Shown piece by piece: positions 35,872 through 48,540 of a DNA stretch of 64,000 nucleotides. Position numbers and translations under genes: made by a program. Position 1 is the first letter of the stretch. The number at the start of each line of letters is the position of its first letter. This stretch comes from Paramoeba atlantica (Eukaryota; Protista; Discosea). The notes below the pieces were generated by a model. It was not told the origin of the DNA. It did not search any database and saw only the letters and a program-made list of their open reading frames with translations. The stretch lies in assembly GCA_977017575.1 (NCBI GenBank), contig CDRNVI010000054.1, positions 726,496-790,495 of the forward strand, read 5' to 3'.

Positions 35872-37800
35872 TTGTTTAATGGTTTTTCTAAAACTTTTGT
35901 GCATTTTTCAATGGGGGATGTTGGAGAAATGATTGTTTTGAGATCCCGTGTGGAGAACTCAATAAGCACGTCGACGAATTCTGACCGGAGCAGAAGAAGT
36001 GGCTTTTCGCCAAAACAAGATGAAAAAATTAGCGGAGAATCCATTCAGCTAAAATTTGAGCGAAAATTCGAGCGATGCCCTAGCTCTGCTGCAGTAACAA
36101 AGTACAAAAATCTGTCTACTCTTGATACATTGGTCGAGCGCGGTAAAACCTCTATCTTGACATCAGAGGAGGAAAAACAACTTCTGAAAGCCTTCGCTTC
36201 GGTTCGTCAATCAGGGTCGCCACTTGACGCTCGAACATCGAATTGCCGACATGATGTGGGAAGACATTCGACGAACCATAGGTGGAGCTAAATTCTTTGG
36301 ACTCGACATAGACGGTGGAGTTGGCAGGGTTCTTAGCGAACATGTACTTATCGCCATTTTGTATGTTGTGGATCGCCACTTTCTTCTCCCACCTATCTAT
36401 CACCCTAAGCACAAATCATTTAACGGTAGCGAGATGGCACAATCCCTGATAGAAGTACTTCGGTCATGCCTCTCCGAGAGCCGACTCCTAAAGTTGCGAT
36501 TCAGAATGGCAGACGGAGCTCCAGTAAATAATGTGGCTAGGCAGGAAATGTTAGGCATTCGCGACTCTCTTGTTTCCGCAGAGGAAGAATTTTATTCGCG
36601 CGTCAGCTCTATCGGAAGCACGGACCGGGAGAACATTGTAATTGGCGTGACGAAGCACTGTCCGCGGGTCGCGCTATTACCATGCTTCGGACACTTGTTT
36701 CATAATATGGCCAAAGATGCAATGCAGCACTACGCAAATCTGCCAATTATGAAAGCAAGAACATACATGTATTTCTCCATGGTTTTCTACGCAGGAGACC
36801 GTGTGGGGACAAAGAAGGGGAAGTATTTCGGAAAAGCTCTTGAAGATATATCGACGAGGAAACTCAAAAAGCTGAATCATACTTTAAATCTTTCTAATAG
36901 AAAGTTTCTAGTCTGATAGCAAGTTTCTATCGTTCTGTGAACAGCGAAAAACTTGACAAGAAGGGTTGCAGCGACATCATAGCTCATCTGAAGGAAGCAT
37001 TGCAAACTCTCTCAAAAGTATCTTTGAAGGCACGCGATGTGTTCACCAAACTAAATCAAACTCTGAAACTAGAAGACCAATGTGAGATTCTAACTGCGAA
37101 AGGTGCTAGTGTGGTGAAATCCCCTGCGCATTCTCATGAAATTCGAGCCGTCACTTCTCCCAAACTTGGTGGGGTCACGCGATGGCTCGCGGATAAATTC
37201 GAAAGCATGAGGTTTTTGGCTGATCACCCACTGTCGCATCCCTCATAAAAAGTAAACTGGAAACGCTGCGAGCCCCTCAATCTGTTCACCATTGGGCTGA
37301 TTTGTTCGAGAACAACTCTTTGAACGACTTGATGTGGTCTGTGAAGGATTACCCGAAAGACTGCATACCGTTACGCATCGCACAAGAAAAATGCTCTGAC
37401 ATGCAGGATCGTCCTATGGCAACTCTTGTTCATCCAACTTTGCGTCAGCTTGTCGAGTCTGCTGAGCATGCACCCAGGCATTTCTTAGAGTCGATACATT
37501 GGCACGTAAGAAGAGTGCGCTCTAACCACGAGATGAAGGTATGGGTAGCTGTAATGTGCTTTTCGCTTGAGTGGATCGTCGTATCCGCGCGAGCTCGCAA
37601 AAAGGCATCCATTTCAGTGGAACGGGTAAATGATTTGCTGAAACTGGCGACCTGATTTTCGAAATTACTATTGAGGAATGCAACACGTCCATAAACTGAG
37701 AAGATTACCAGTGTGAAGATGACCAAGTGGCAAACACTTGGGTTGAAACATTTTTTGACCATTTTTGAAGCCGTATTGCATTACCTATCGCTTCCTCGAC
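35872..37800 (+). pseudogene. hAT-like transposase relic
   Basis: FGLDIDGG, MADGAPVN, PCFGHLFHN and GGVTRW motifs spread over several frames. Confidence 0.6.
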
Positions 37801-38099
37801 TAGTGACTGGGTCCTTCCGGTGCTTTCTTGGAAATCTAGTGCCCGTCAAGCTCGCATTGAAACAGATGTTGTAGCAACAGAAATGTTTGTTTTCAGAAAC
37901 GAGAACTCGCTATCCGGTACGTATTTGCCGTACACGGTCAAGGTATCTATTGCGGTAGAATCCCGAACTCAGAAAAAATCGAGATCGACGGATTCACAAG
38001 GAAAGAATAAGAATTTTGCAAGACGTAGAGAGATAAAATCGCAAGTCGCTGAAGAGTAATTGGAAATGGGTACTTGAGTTTAAGTGAAAGTGTAGGGAC

Positions 38100-38556
38100 A
38101 CACGATATTCACACAGGATGCTTCTCGTTAAAGATTACGAGAACAGTTGCGACATCTTGAATAACTTTAAGAAAGATGGTACAAACCCGGACAATAGGAC
38201 TGAACGTTCGTATTTTATTGAAAAGGCGGTTGATTACATCAAAACCGATGGTCATGGCATTCTAATCAACATTTTAAACAGTATGCCCGGCGTTTTCACA
38301 TAGTAGTAGAAAAAGGGGGACAATTTTATATATTTAAGGTACGAAACGTTTCCTTCATTTTTTGAATTTTGAAGTTTTTGGACTACTGTTCAGTTGAACA
38401 CCCCCTTACAACCCGGGGAACTGCGTATTCAAAAACATGGATCTCTGCGAGAGTTCTTGAATGCGCTATTATTTTCCAAAATTGAGCAAAAATTACAAAT
38501 TTGAGATCCCCTTTTTGATATTTGTTTGCAAATTTTATATCCAATTGGCACTCCTG
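38100..38556 (+). mobile_element. Tc1-like C-terminal remnant with right TIR
   Basis: GTNPDNRTERSYFIEKAVDYIKTDGH matches 54421-54660. The TIR ends CCTG-TA. Confidence 0.65.
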
Positions 38557-38567
38557 TATACACCACA

Positions 38568-39295
38568 CAGGGGTGAAAACTTCCATCTGGGCGGGTGTCT
38601 AAAATTTGTAAAATTGGCTCAATTTTGTAAAATAATTGCGCATTGGAGAGCTCTCGCAGAGTTGTTTGTCTTCGGCGTAATCGGAACGTTCGACTTGAAA
38701 GATTTAGTCCGATGAGGAAAAGAAATAGTTTTTTTTCGTGTGAAAATACGTAAATTCTTCATTGTTCCCCCATTTTATGCCCCAAAAGCAAGTTTGTTCA
38801 AGAACTTCTAGTGGTGTTTTAAATGCCCGTTCCTGTTCTTTGCCAGAGAAGATTAAAGAACACCAACGGATGCTTCTTGTGACAGACTTCGAGAAAACAT
38901 AGTCTTATTCCCGGACTTACCAAAGTGTTTGGGTGGAACGATTCATGTTTTTTACGATAAACATCAGGCGAAACACAAAGATAAATTTGAGAATACGTAA
39001 AAAAACTTTAATAAACGTTGTAGAATCATTGTAGAAAAGAAGGATGTATATTTTGGATGCTACACGGCTTTAAAATAATGTTTCCTGAAAATATTTGAGA
39101 TCTTTTATCATTTCTTTAAGTGACAATTCGCTTTTTTGGTCTGTTCGGCATGTGTAATTCTAATTCGATATGTTAAAAGCTATCAGTGCAAAGACATACA
39201 ACTCGGCGAGAGGTCTCGAATGCGGTATTATTCTCCGAAATTGAAAAGTTTTCGCATATTTTAGACCCCCTCCCACATGGAAGTTTTCACCCCTC
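38568..39295. mobile_element. Non-autonomous Tc1-like element (MITE)
   Basis: CAGGGGTGAAAACTTCCAT...TCTAAAAT at the left and ATTTTAGACCCC...ATGGAAGTTTTCACCCCT at the right. Confidence 0.7.
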
Positions 39296-39423
39296 TATGT
39301 ACACTGTATATTGTACACTGTACATGCATACATGTAGATGCTCCTATTAGAACACCTAGGAGTGTAAATAAACATTATTTATATTTACATTATATATTTA
39401 TACAGTATTTGCATGCATGTTTC

Positions 39424-40104
39424 TCAATGCTCTACATTTTTCAAACGGTGTTCACCAACGATTTCACTAAATGAGTTGCGCTCAAAGGTTATCGATGTAA
39501 TGCTATCCGGAAGAAAACGCAGATCTAATATACCGTTGAACCTGTTCCCTTCAAGCAGTAGCTCTTTCAATGTTTTAGGCATTTTATCAAGTTCTAACAC
39601 GCCTGTGAATTGATTTTCCTGGAGCCACAGCCACTGTAACTTTGAAGGAAGCTGTTTCAACTGCAGTTCCCCACTGAAAGAATTCGCATTTACACAAAAA
39701 TATAGCAATAAAGCAGGGAGGTCAGTCAAATCTATGGAGCCGGTAAATTGATTATTGTTCAAATATATTAGGGATAAGTTCCGAGGCAAACACGAACAGT
39801 CGACACGTCCCTCGAGACGATTGCCTTGTAGTTGAATCTGATAAATTTCGCGTGGGAGATGTTCCCAGGTCAATGTACCCTTCAGGCCCAGATAACTTGC
39901 GTCGCACTCGTGAAGCGATTCACCTTTAGAATCATTCTCAGACTCCTCCATAGTCATGCCACGCCACTGATGCAGCAGATTCGTTTCTTTCCATGATGGG
40001 TCCAATTGGGTTACATTCCGGAAGAAGAGGGAAAGCTGAATTTCTAACGGGAGTGTCACGCTTCGTACTTTATGGCCAGAACGTGAAGCGGTGTAGTCTG
40101 ACAT
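39424..40104 (-). CDS. Short leucine-rich repeat protein (226 aa)
   Basis: Uninterrupted ATG-initiated ORF with about six LxLxxNxFxGxLDLxxLP repeats. Confidence 0.85.
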   Translation of the reverse strand: MSDYTASRSGHKVRSVTLPLEIQLSLFFRNVTQLDPSWKETNLLHQWRGMTMEESENDSKGESLHECDASYLGLKGTLTWEHLPREIYQIQLQGNRLEGRVDCSCLPRNLSLIYLNNNQFTGSIDLTDLPALLLYFCVNANSFSGELQLKQLPSKLQWLWLQENQFTGVLELDKMPKTLKELLLEGNRFNGILDLRFLPDSITSITFERNSFSEIVGEHRLKNVEH

Positions 40105-40941
40105 GCGAATAATGCCTAGAACGTAACTCTGACAAATGCTACAAAAATAAACGATTCGTACTAAGCTATGTGTCGTATAGGATGTGAAAGATTCTAAATA
40201 CTTTGTTCAAGACGTTTAAAACATTCCCGAGTAAATTTAACCTTCAACCTTTTTTCACTGAAAAAAGTGGTCAAGAGTCTTCAGTCAAGGCTTTGCAGTA
40301 GAAAGCATTCGGAAGAGACCCTCGGAAAAGCAAATCCAATCCAGCATCAGTCGTAGTGAGTTAATCGGGTAAACCAGGGTAAAGTGGACGAAGGAGATAC
40401 CAGTAGTGTAGGTGCGGCAGTTTTCCAAAGGACAAACGGCATCTCCACCTTTTTAGGCGCCCGTCTTCATACTAAACCCCAACCCACCACTTTTTTTAGT
40501 GACCCACCACTTTTTTTGTACAACTATCCGTATGATCTGATTTTTGTTGCATTTTGCAGATCTCAACGCAAAGACTTTGCACATCAAAACACGGAACCAA
40601 AAATCTCAAATGTGTGCATCCGATAGACGGATTATCACTTTCTTCACACTTTTCAAGAGACCAATTTCTCACCCTTTCACGTAGTAAAATCTTCTTATCG
40701 CCTGAGAAATTCAAATTTCTCACTTATTCGTTGGGGAGGGTTTACACTGTATAATCGTTGGGAGGATGTATGGGAGATATCGCTTTTCCTGTGGGAAACG
40801 GCCTCACCTACACTATTGGTATCTCCCTTTCAGGCCAAATTTATTAATATAGGATAGCGAGGGAGTAGTATCTCCCTCAATAATCCCAGTCTAAAGTTCG
40901 TAGACCATCTGTAATCAATCCGCAATTGTACAATCGTCTTT

Positions 40942-42250
40942 TCAGAGTTTGAATATTTCTTTGAAAGTTAAGCACGGCACAGTGTGTTCGATCCAATTTT
41001 GTGGCGGAAGCGTGTCATTTTTGTAAATATACCCCGAAAATCTATTCCTGCGAAGATCCAGCGTAAATTCTTCGTCCGAACGGTTTGCCATCTCACGAAG
41101 ATCCACCACTCCAGAGAAGCGGTTGAAAGAAAGCTGAAGATGTACCACACTTGGAGGCAATCGCGCAAGTTCGACGCTGCCCTCGAGGTGATTACGTTTG
41201 AAATTCACAGCTTCCAACACGGAAGGAAGTCTTGAAAGGTCAAGCGTTCCGGATAACTCATTGTCCGAAGCAAACAAGTATTCTAGAGACATCGGAAGAG
41301 ACGATAAATCTACACCCCCATAAAATCTATTCCCTCCAATATCCAACCACACCATATTTTGGGGCAAAGCGGTCAAGTCACATTTCCCCCAAAACCCATT
41401 GTAACTTAAATCCAAATGCGTCACATTCCTAGGAAGGGTCGTGAAATCCAAACCCTCCTCACGACTCGAGGTGAAACCATTATGTTTCACATCCATCATT
41501 TCAAGCCCCAGGGAAAGTTCCTGGAACTCCAGCCCCCCCCCATATCCCCTCCCCGATCAAGGGGTCCAACCGTAGGCTATTCAGCCTACGCAGGGAGGAG
41601 GGCATGAAACCCCAGGTGAAGTTACCCGTGAGCGCGAGCCCGGAGGTCACGAGGTGGAGGGGGGTACGCTCCCCCCCGCACCGGGTCAGATTCAGCCAAT
41701 ATTGCACACTTTCCAAAAGCACAATTGAAAATCAATCATTTCTTTCTCAGAAGCGCATAAAATCAACTAGCATGAATTTATCTCGAAATAGAAGTGCTGC
41801 ATGCCTTCAAATAATCTTATTCGCGGGTATTTATAATACTTTTTTTGTTGACCCGTTGCACTTTCCAAACTGGCTCATGACCATTGTTCTAGCACACGAA
41901 ATATCTGAACACCATGCACAAATCATAGTAACCTCGTCGCTAGACATACAGAAATAACACTCGTATAAAGCAAAAATGGTCCAAAAAATGCTAAACAAAG
42001 GATGCCTAATAGTTTTACAAAGCAATAATAAGGAAAAGAAAACATAGGATTTTTTTGTGCAATATTGGCTTAATTCCCACCACCACCGCACCCCCTCCCA
42101 CCGGCACACGTCCCCACTCTCCCGCTCCCAACTCCCAGGGCGGGGTTGAATGAGATGGAGGAAGCGACGAAGGGACTCGTCGTGGGGGAGGGTGAGGGGG
42201 GAGACCTTGTGACCGTATCGTTTACGGTGGGGTATGGGCTGAAGGGGGTC
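40942..42250 (-). pseudogene. LRR gene disrupted by a 400-bp insertion and a frameshift
   Basis: HKVSPLTLP...VCRWEGVR (42090-42240), CGGERTPLHL...MPSSLRRL (41500-41683) and LRR ORF 40942-41499. Confidence 0.8.
41684..42083. mobile_element. MITE-like insertion in an LRR gene
   Basis: Subterminal inverted repeat AGCCAATATTGCACA / TGTGCAATATTGGCT, flanked by a CACCG direct repeat. Confidence 0.65.
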
Positions 42251-42564
42251 GAGCGTGGAGGCGGATTTCATGGGTTTAGGGTAGAGATTTTTAATTAAAA
42301 AAGTTTCAAAACTTTTACAACTGTTTTCTTTTTGGTGTGAATACTGTAGAAACGGAAATGAAGGAAATTTAAAAGTAAGAAAGCTTTCATGAAGGAAACT
42401 TAAATGAAGGAAATCATTTCGTGTCACTGACTTTTTCTTTCTAAAATCTTTGGAATTTTCTTGAATTGATTTTTGTCGCTTCTTTAAATGCGGTGGTTGT
42501 TTTCAACGTAGAAATGATCTCTGCTGTATGAACATGAGTTTATCATTTCTTACTGCGAAAGATA

Positions 42565-43366
42565 CTTAAACGGGGGTATGACTTAATGTACAGGGGGGGT
42601 ATAATAAAGTGTACCCTATGTATTAAGGGGAGGTATATTGCTTCGTTAAAAAAGTGGAAAAGAAAGTTGTTGTTAAACGGGGCTTCGCAAATTGCTTCCC
42701 ACTAACGACGTTCGTGCTTCATGTAGTTTGTGCAAAAACTACGAGTAGCGGGTTCGAACCCCATTCCAACGCGCATGCTAATGGGTGGGATAGGCAAAAG
42801 GGCCAGTCCGTTCGGATATCGTGGACCCAAGCTTCTTAGCTAATCCCTGTGTAGTCGGACGAAAAGTACGTTAATGGGAATCGAGCCCAACCCTCTCAGA
42901 TGTAGAGTCGCTGGACCTGACGACTTGGCTAATCAGACCCTCTGGGGAAATGAAAATCAACAGTATCCCTTTCATCGACCATACCCCCCCTTTTTCGGGA
43001 TTTTATCACCCGCCTCGATTCACCCCCATGCGGCCACCACAAAGACGAAGAGGCAGAGGTTGTAAAAACCCCCGCAATATTCGCTCACCGTTTATACCGG
43101 GTGGGGGGTATAATGCGGGGGGTGGGGGGTATATTAGCTCCAATGTTTTTTTTGCGGTAACCAAAGAGGTTAAAAGGGGCAATACATGATGGCACCGTGG
43201 AAAACAAGGGGGTGGTGGGTATAAATGCTCTTTTTTTTGAGCGTTTAAACCCCCCACCCCCTTGTTTTCCACGGTACCCAGGGGGGGGTATATTGGGGAG
43301 CGATTATACCCCCCCCCCGAGATATAAAAGGGTACCCGGTACATTAAGTCGTACCCCCGTTTACTG
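42565..43366. mobile_element. MITE-like element with an internal long hairpin
   Basis: Inverted repeat AAACGGGGGTATGACTTAATGTAC (42568-42591) / GTACATTAAGTCGTACCCCCGTTT (43339-43362). Confidence 0.6.
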
Positions 43367-45792
43367 TAAAAAAAACACTTGCTGTACTGTATTAAAATTA
43401 AGGAAGACGAAAACTAAGAAAATTTTAATTAAGGAAATATTTTCTTGTCACAAAAAAATCTTCCTTAATTTCCGTGTCACCGGTAAAAAACGCCTTATTC
43501 AAAAACGCCTATTCAACGTAAATACACAGTCTTCATTCCGTGTGACCTCAACACAACTCATGGCCCCTCGCTCCAGGAGGGAGCTGGGAGACCATTCCGA
43601 GGGGTGTACTGAATACAGTATCTCATTATTACAGCGTTTTTCTTAATATGCAATAGAACAAAGAATTACTATTGCAAAGCTTACAAAAAGATTTCTTTTG
43701 AGGACGAAGAAATTAAGGTTAATTTAACCTTACTTAACCTTACTGAAAGTTTAACGTAAACATTCAAATTATTTAGTACATTAAGAGTTAACGTCGAACG
43801 GCGCGTACAGGACGGGTAATTGGTGGTTATATACTGCTTACATCCGGCGAAATAGTGAAGTACACAAGCATAGGCGGTCGTCCCTCATTAAAATGGATCG
43901 AAAAAAGTCTAGTGGTTTACGAACTTTTCCAACAGGATGAAAAACGCAATGAATCTACGGTCGTATTGAACGAATAATGTACAAAATTTTGAATCGAGTT
44001 TTGAGAACGATATTTTCCCTCCGACGATATTTTCCTTCCGATCATTATCTGACAAGAAAAATGCTTCTTACGGCAGAACATAGTGCGCATAATACACTTG
44101 GTTAACAGTGAGTTTGTGGTTTCGCATCCACAGCATACACGTTTCCTCTGTGGCAGAGCCGACTGAAGTCAGGCGAATTTGAGCAGCGCACTCAAAACGA
44201 GGGCAACCTGTGCAGTTCATTGAAACCATGGAGAGGCAATGCTAGCCGTAATCTTAAGAAACAAATTGACTAATAATCCAAAAAATTCATACATATCACC
44301 CTAGGGAACACAACAAAGGATTTCATAAAAAATTGAAATTATTTTAAGAAAGTGTACATTATTCGTTCATTCCCACCGAAGTCCAAGATAGTTCAAAAGT
44401 GTTTTTTCTTAAAAAATGGGCGGTATGAAATAATTTCCAAAAAGTATGAAACAACGCTTCACTTTGACCAATGTTTCTTGCATCCCTGGCAAAGCTCATA
44501 ATGCTGCGTACGGATAAACGTTCCAGAGCGCAAGAGCTGGAAAGCCGTAGTTTGCCAGTGGTGTACTTTGTTGTTTGCGTTAAAAGTGGACGAACACCCA
44601 GTTTTTTGGGAATTCTATTGAGCCCCAGTGAAGCTATGGTTGTCAGTAGCTCTCCCATACCTTTGTTCCCACTTGTTAATGAAGATTCGGAAAAGATCGA
44701 AATCGCTTTCGCCGTGGTAGCGGCGTGATTTCTTCACTCGTTTTAGACATCTTCTGTACAAGGGTTTTGGAACCGTACTTGTACTGGTACGTACACATTG
44801 GTATGCACTGATCGGCATTTGCTGCATTTTACCACGTAATTTGGGTTTTCTAAAATCTTGTTTTTGGTCGATTTCCGGGTCGCCGTTTGAGCACCGGGGG
44901 GTCTCTACAAAATATAAGTATAAAAAAGTCGGCAAAGCTCTTCGCTAGGACGACGAGATATCTCGAATGCTGCAAAGATGAGCAAAAACGGATAAAAAAA
45001 TTAATTTTCCGTGGGGGGGGGGGGAATATTTCTGTTCTCCCCTGTATACACCCTGTATGTGTGCATGTTGATTGTCTCCAACAGACACTCGGGAACAATG
45101 ATTATCCCCTACGTGTCATCAACAATCTAAATAGTAATCAAAATGTTGAAAATGACAGAACGTAAGCAACGCAATTTACATTTGTAGGACTGGTAACTAT
45201 TTTCCATGTCTTTTACCAAAAAAAAGAAAGTCTAAGTTTTCAGCATTTTGGCCAGTTTTGATAACCCCATGACTTCGCAGATCAGTAAATTTTCAATAGA
45301 ATAATGTGCAAAGACAGGGGGGATGTAAAGTCACAGTGTGCATACGGTACCTAACAGCATCATATGCGCAGGTTCGTTACATTTAAAAATCTCTATATCT
45401 AAAGTACTGTACTCGCACACTTTTATAATAGCCTCGCTTTTGCACTAATGAACCTACACTGGTTTCAATTAAACTTCCCCCCCCGCGGGGGAGGATTAAA
45501 AGTTGGCACAGAAATTGCCCTACATTTGGGAGCGAGGAACCAGGGATTTTCCAATCGCTAAGTGGGCCCCGGCGCTCTCCCAAAGTAAAATGTCCAGCCC
45601 GACCCCGCGCTATCCCTCGATGAACCGTTTGAAAATAGATATCAAAACATGTAAGACGGTTCAAGAAAAGTAAACCTTTTTTTCTTCCTCGGTTTGCCAA
45701 ACAAAGCCCCTATAAAGGGGGTAGGTGTGGAGGCAATTATAAACGGATGGAATTTTCTCTATCTTTAAAGAAATGATACCACCAAAATTTTC

Positions 45793-45967
45793 ATGTACGG
45801 TATTTTATACCGTCGTTTGTCTTAATCAGTGTGTCCTGAATGTCATAGAACAAGGATTGTCGATCGTCTGTGACGTTTAGTGTGCCTGTGAGATTTGGAT
45901 TCATATTTAAGAACAAACAACTTAAAAATTTAGGGAGCGTCTCAAAGTTGATCCATCCATGAAATTC
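45793..45967 (-). repeat. Duplicated 3' end of the 46319-46924 LRR gene
   Basis: Matches 46326-46498 (GAATGTCATAGAACAAGG...GTTGATCCATCCATGAAATTC). Confidence 0.8.
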
Positions 45968-46318
45968 TCAAAATAATGTCGCATTGGCGGTGCCCCCCCT
46001 CTAAACATTTCATGGTACATTACAAAGCGTTTTTCACAAAGCGGGTCCATGTGGGTCCGTGCAGGTCCATGGACCCGGGTTCGGAACCATAGATCCGCAA
46101 GAGGTATGTATTTTTGGTAAATAATTTACTAAAAATCTTGTTTAGGCTATTTTTCGGGTCACCACATGAGCATCAGGGGGTCCCTGCGAAAAAAAGGCGG
46201 CAAAACTCTTCACGAGTGGAAGGAGATCCCTCGTTTGCAACAAAAATGAGCAAAAAACAGATAAAAAAAGTTTCCGCGGGGGAAAGTTCAATTAAACCAC
46301 TGTACGATACCATCACGA

Positions 46319-46924
46319 TTAATACATACGGCATTTTATACCGTTATTTGACGTAATCATTGTGTCTCGAATGTCATAGAACAAGGCTTGTCGATCGCCT
46401 GTGACAATTAGTGCACCTTCGACATTTGGATTCATATTTAAGAACAAACAACGTAGAAATTTAGGGAGCGTCTCAAAGTTGATCCATCCATGAAATTCGT
46501 TACTCTGTAAACGAATCGTATGCAGCAAAGGCAATTTCGAAAAATTTGGTGTTCCACTAAATTTATTGTGGGGGAGCGAAAGATATTGCAAGGTGGCTGG
46601 AAAGTATTCAAAAGGGACTTCCCCGCAAAGCTGGTTCAATCCTACATCGAACTCAGTTAGTTGATTGGGAAAATATGCCCAGTTCAAGGGCCCATTAAGA
46701 TTCCGAGCGCTCCATTTCACAGCGACTATGGTTTCCATCTCGTCACACGAAACGCCGACCCACTTACAGGCCGGAATATCTGTCCCCATTGAACTGTGTA
46801 GATTTTCTACCCTTTCTAAGAGGCGCGCCAAATGATATTCCTGCGGGAGTGAAACTCGGCTCACTTTAGCCGGGCGTAATTTCGGCAAAATCGGTGAGTC
46901 TTGAGAAATAATAGCAAATAACAT
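46319..46924 (-). CDS. Short leucine-rich repeat protein (201 aa)
   Basis: KVSRVSLPQEY, CKWVGVSC cap and LRR repeats in an intact ORF. Confidence 0.85.
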   Translation of the reverse strand: MLFAIISQDSPILPKLRPAKVSRVSLPQEYHLARLLERVENLHSSMGTDIPACKWVGVSCDEMETIVAVKWSARNLNGPLNWAYFPNQLTEFDVGLNQLCGEVPFEYFPATLQYLSLPHNKFSGTPNFSKLPLLHTIRLQSNEFHGWINFETLPKFLRCLFLNMNPNVEGALIVTGDRQALFYDIRDTMITSNNGIKCRMY

Positions 46925-47563
46925 GATTCTCTAAAGTTTGAAACAATGCTAAAGAAACTATGAGAAACTATGAGAAAAACAGTGAATGTGCTAAGCGGGT
47001 GAAAAAGTACCTGTTTGTAAAACTCAAAGAAAGTCTGATGTCACGTGACCTCACTAATTTTCATACGCATATACTCTCGTGTGATATCATTGTGAATTCC
47101 TTTTGAAATTATAATTTGATCTTACTGATTCATTACACCTCTTTATGAATGGCACTCTGAGACGATGTCGAGAACACATCAAATGTCCACGATCAGTTAC
47201 TCCTACTAGAAAAGATTTGTTTTATTCCCTTAATTTAAATAAGAACTTCATTCCGATGTGTAGAAGTAAAACCTCCGGGAAAAAAACTTTCTCCGGAATT
47301 AATTCCACGAAAAATCATCCGTAGGATGAGTGGAAGAGTGTCCGATGGAGGGGAATAATGATTCCTTCTCACCAGCGTGACTTTTTATGCAAGAAAGTGT
47401 ACTCACTATATTGCGACAACTTTCCTCTGAATAATGTTGAACTTGTGAGCCTGGATGACATGTGTTTTATCCTAGGTCGGGGACAGTTCCCCCGCCAGTT
47501 ATCTAACAGGACGTCCGCAATAGAAAGCAGGGGTCTCAAAATATATTATATATTTATAGTATA

Positions 47564-48500
47564 TAAACCCCTCCGCACCAATAAGGCACCCACCCTTAAC
47601 TTTTCAGCCAATTGTCCGTTTGGGCTGATTTTTGTTGCATTTGCAGATCTCAACACAAAGACTTTGCGCGTGAAGAAATGAGACAAAAAGAAACGAATAC
47701 GTATATTTTAGGTAGAGATTACCATTTTGTCACTTTTTCTCCGTTACTCGCCACACAAGCTTTGAGGCGAGCATCGAAGCTCTAAACCGAATCATCAATA
47801 TATTCTTGAGGAAATTTGCGCCAAGCTTTACGTACGCTTTTTATGAGATCTTCTTTAGTTGCAGGATTGTATTCATCTACAAGATTTTGTGCTGTGCTCC
47901 ACACGTTTTCTATTGGTGAGAGATCGTGGGAGTTCAGCGGACAATTTTTCAATAATTTCATGTTGCCGTCCTCAAGGTACGCTTTTGTATCCTTGGCAGT
48001 CTAAGGTGTTGCCCCATCTTGCTGAAAAATACAGTTTGAGGGGAATGGCACTTTTTTTAATGTTTTAATGTACGAAACACATGTAATTGAGATGGGTGGG
48101 AGAACAACAAGGTGTCTTTTGATTCTGTTTTTTACTTCAGGGCTCAGAGTATAAACATTTTCAGGCGAATGGTTTTTCAAATATTTTCGAATATGTTTCA
48201 CATTGACATTAAACTCGCGGGCTACTTGCCTTATCGCAACCCCTTGGCCAAGCCTCATGCGCAATAACACCTTTCCACTTTCTGTAAGACCACCCCTGGG
48301 GAGTCGATACGTATTTCTTGGCATGAAAAGTGTTTTTTTTATAAATATAAATTCAACTTTTTTTTATTTTTCGAAATGACCTAAAGACAACGGGAACGAA
48401 CAGATCTCAAAATTTTGCACGATAAAGTGGTGGGATAACCCCCCTAGCCCCCCTCGTGCAAAAAATAAGGGTGGGTGCCTTTTTGATGCGGAGGGGTTTA
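47564..48500 (-). mobile_element. Internally deleted Tc1-like element
   Basis: ~35-bp TIRs TAAACCCCTCCGCA..AAGGCACCCACCCTTA. An HTH-like N-terminus is fused to FQQDGATP*...SHDLSPIENVW (35 residues between D and E), with stops. Confidence 0.8.
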
Positions 48501-48540
48501 CACGGGGTTTACATGCGGAGGGGTTTGTATTTATAGTATA

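Noticed and set aside
42870-42940. tRNA-like sequence on the minus strand (TAGCCAAGTCG...CTCTACA...GGCTCGATTCC), superficially with a CTA anticodon
   Set aside because: The acceptor and anticodon stems do not pair, so it is at most a decayed tRNA or SINE head.
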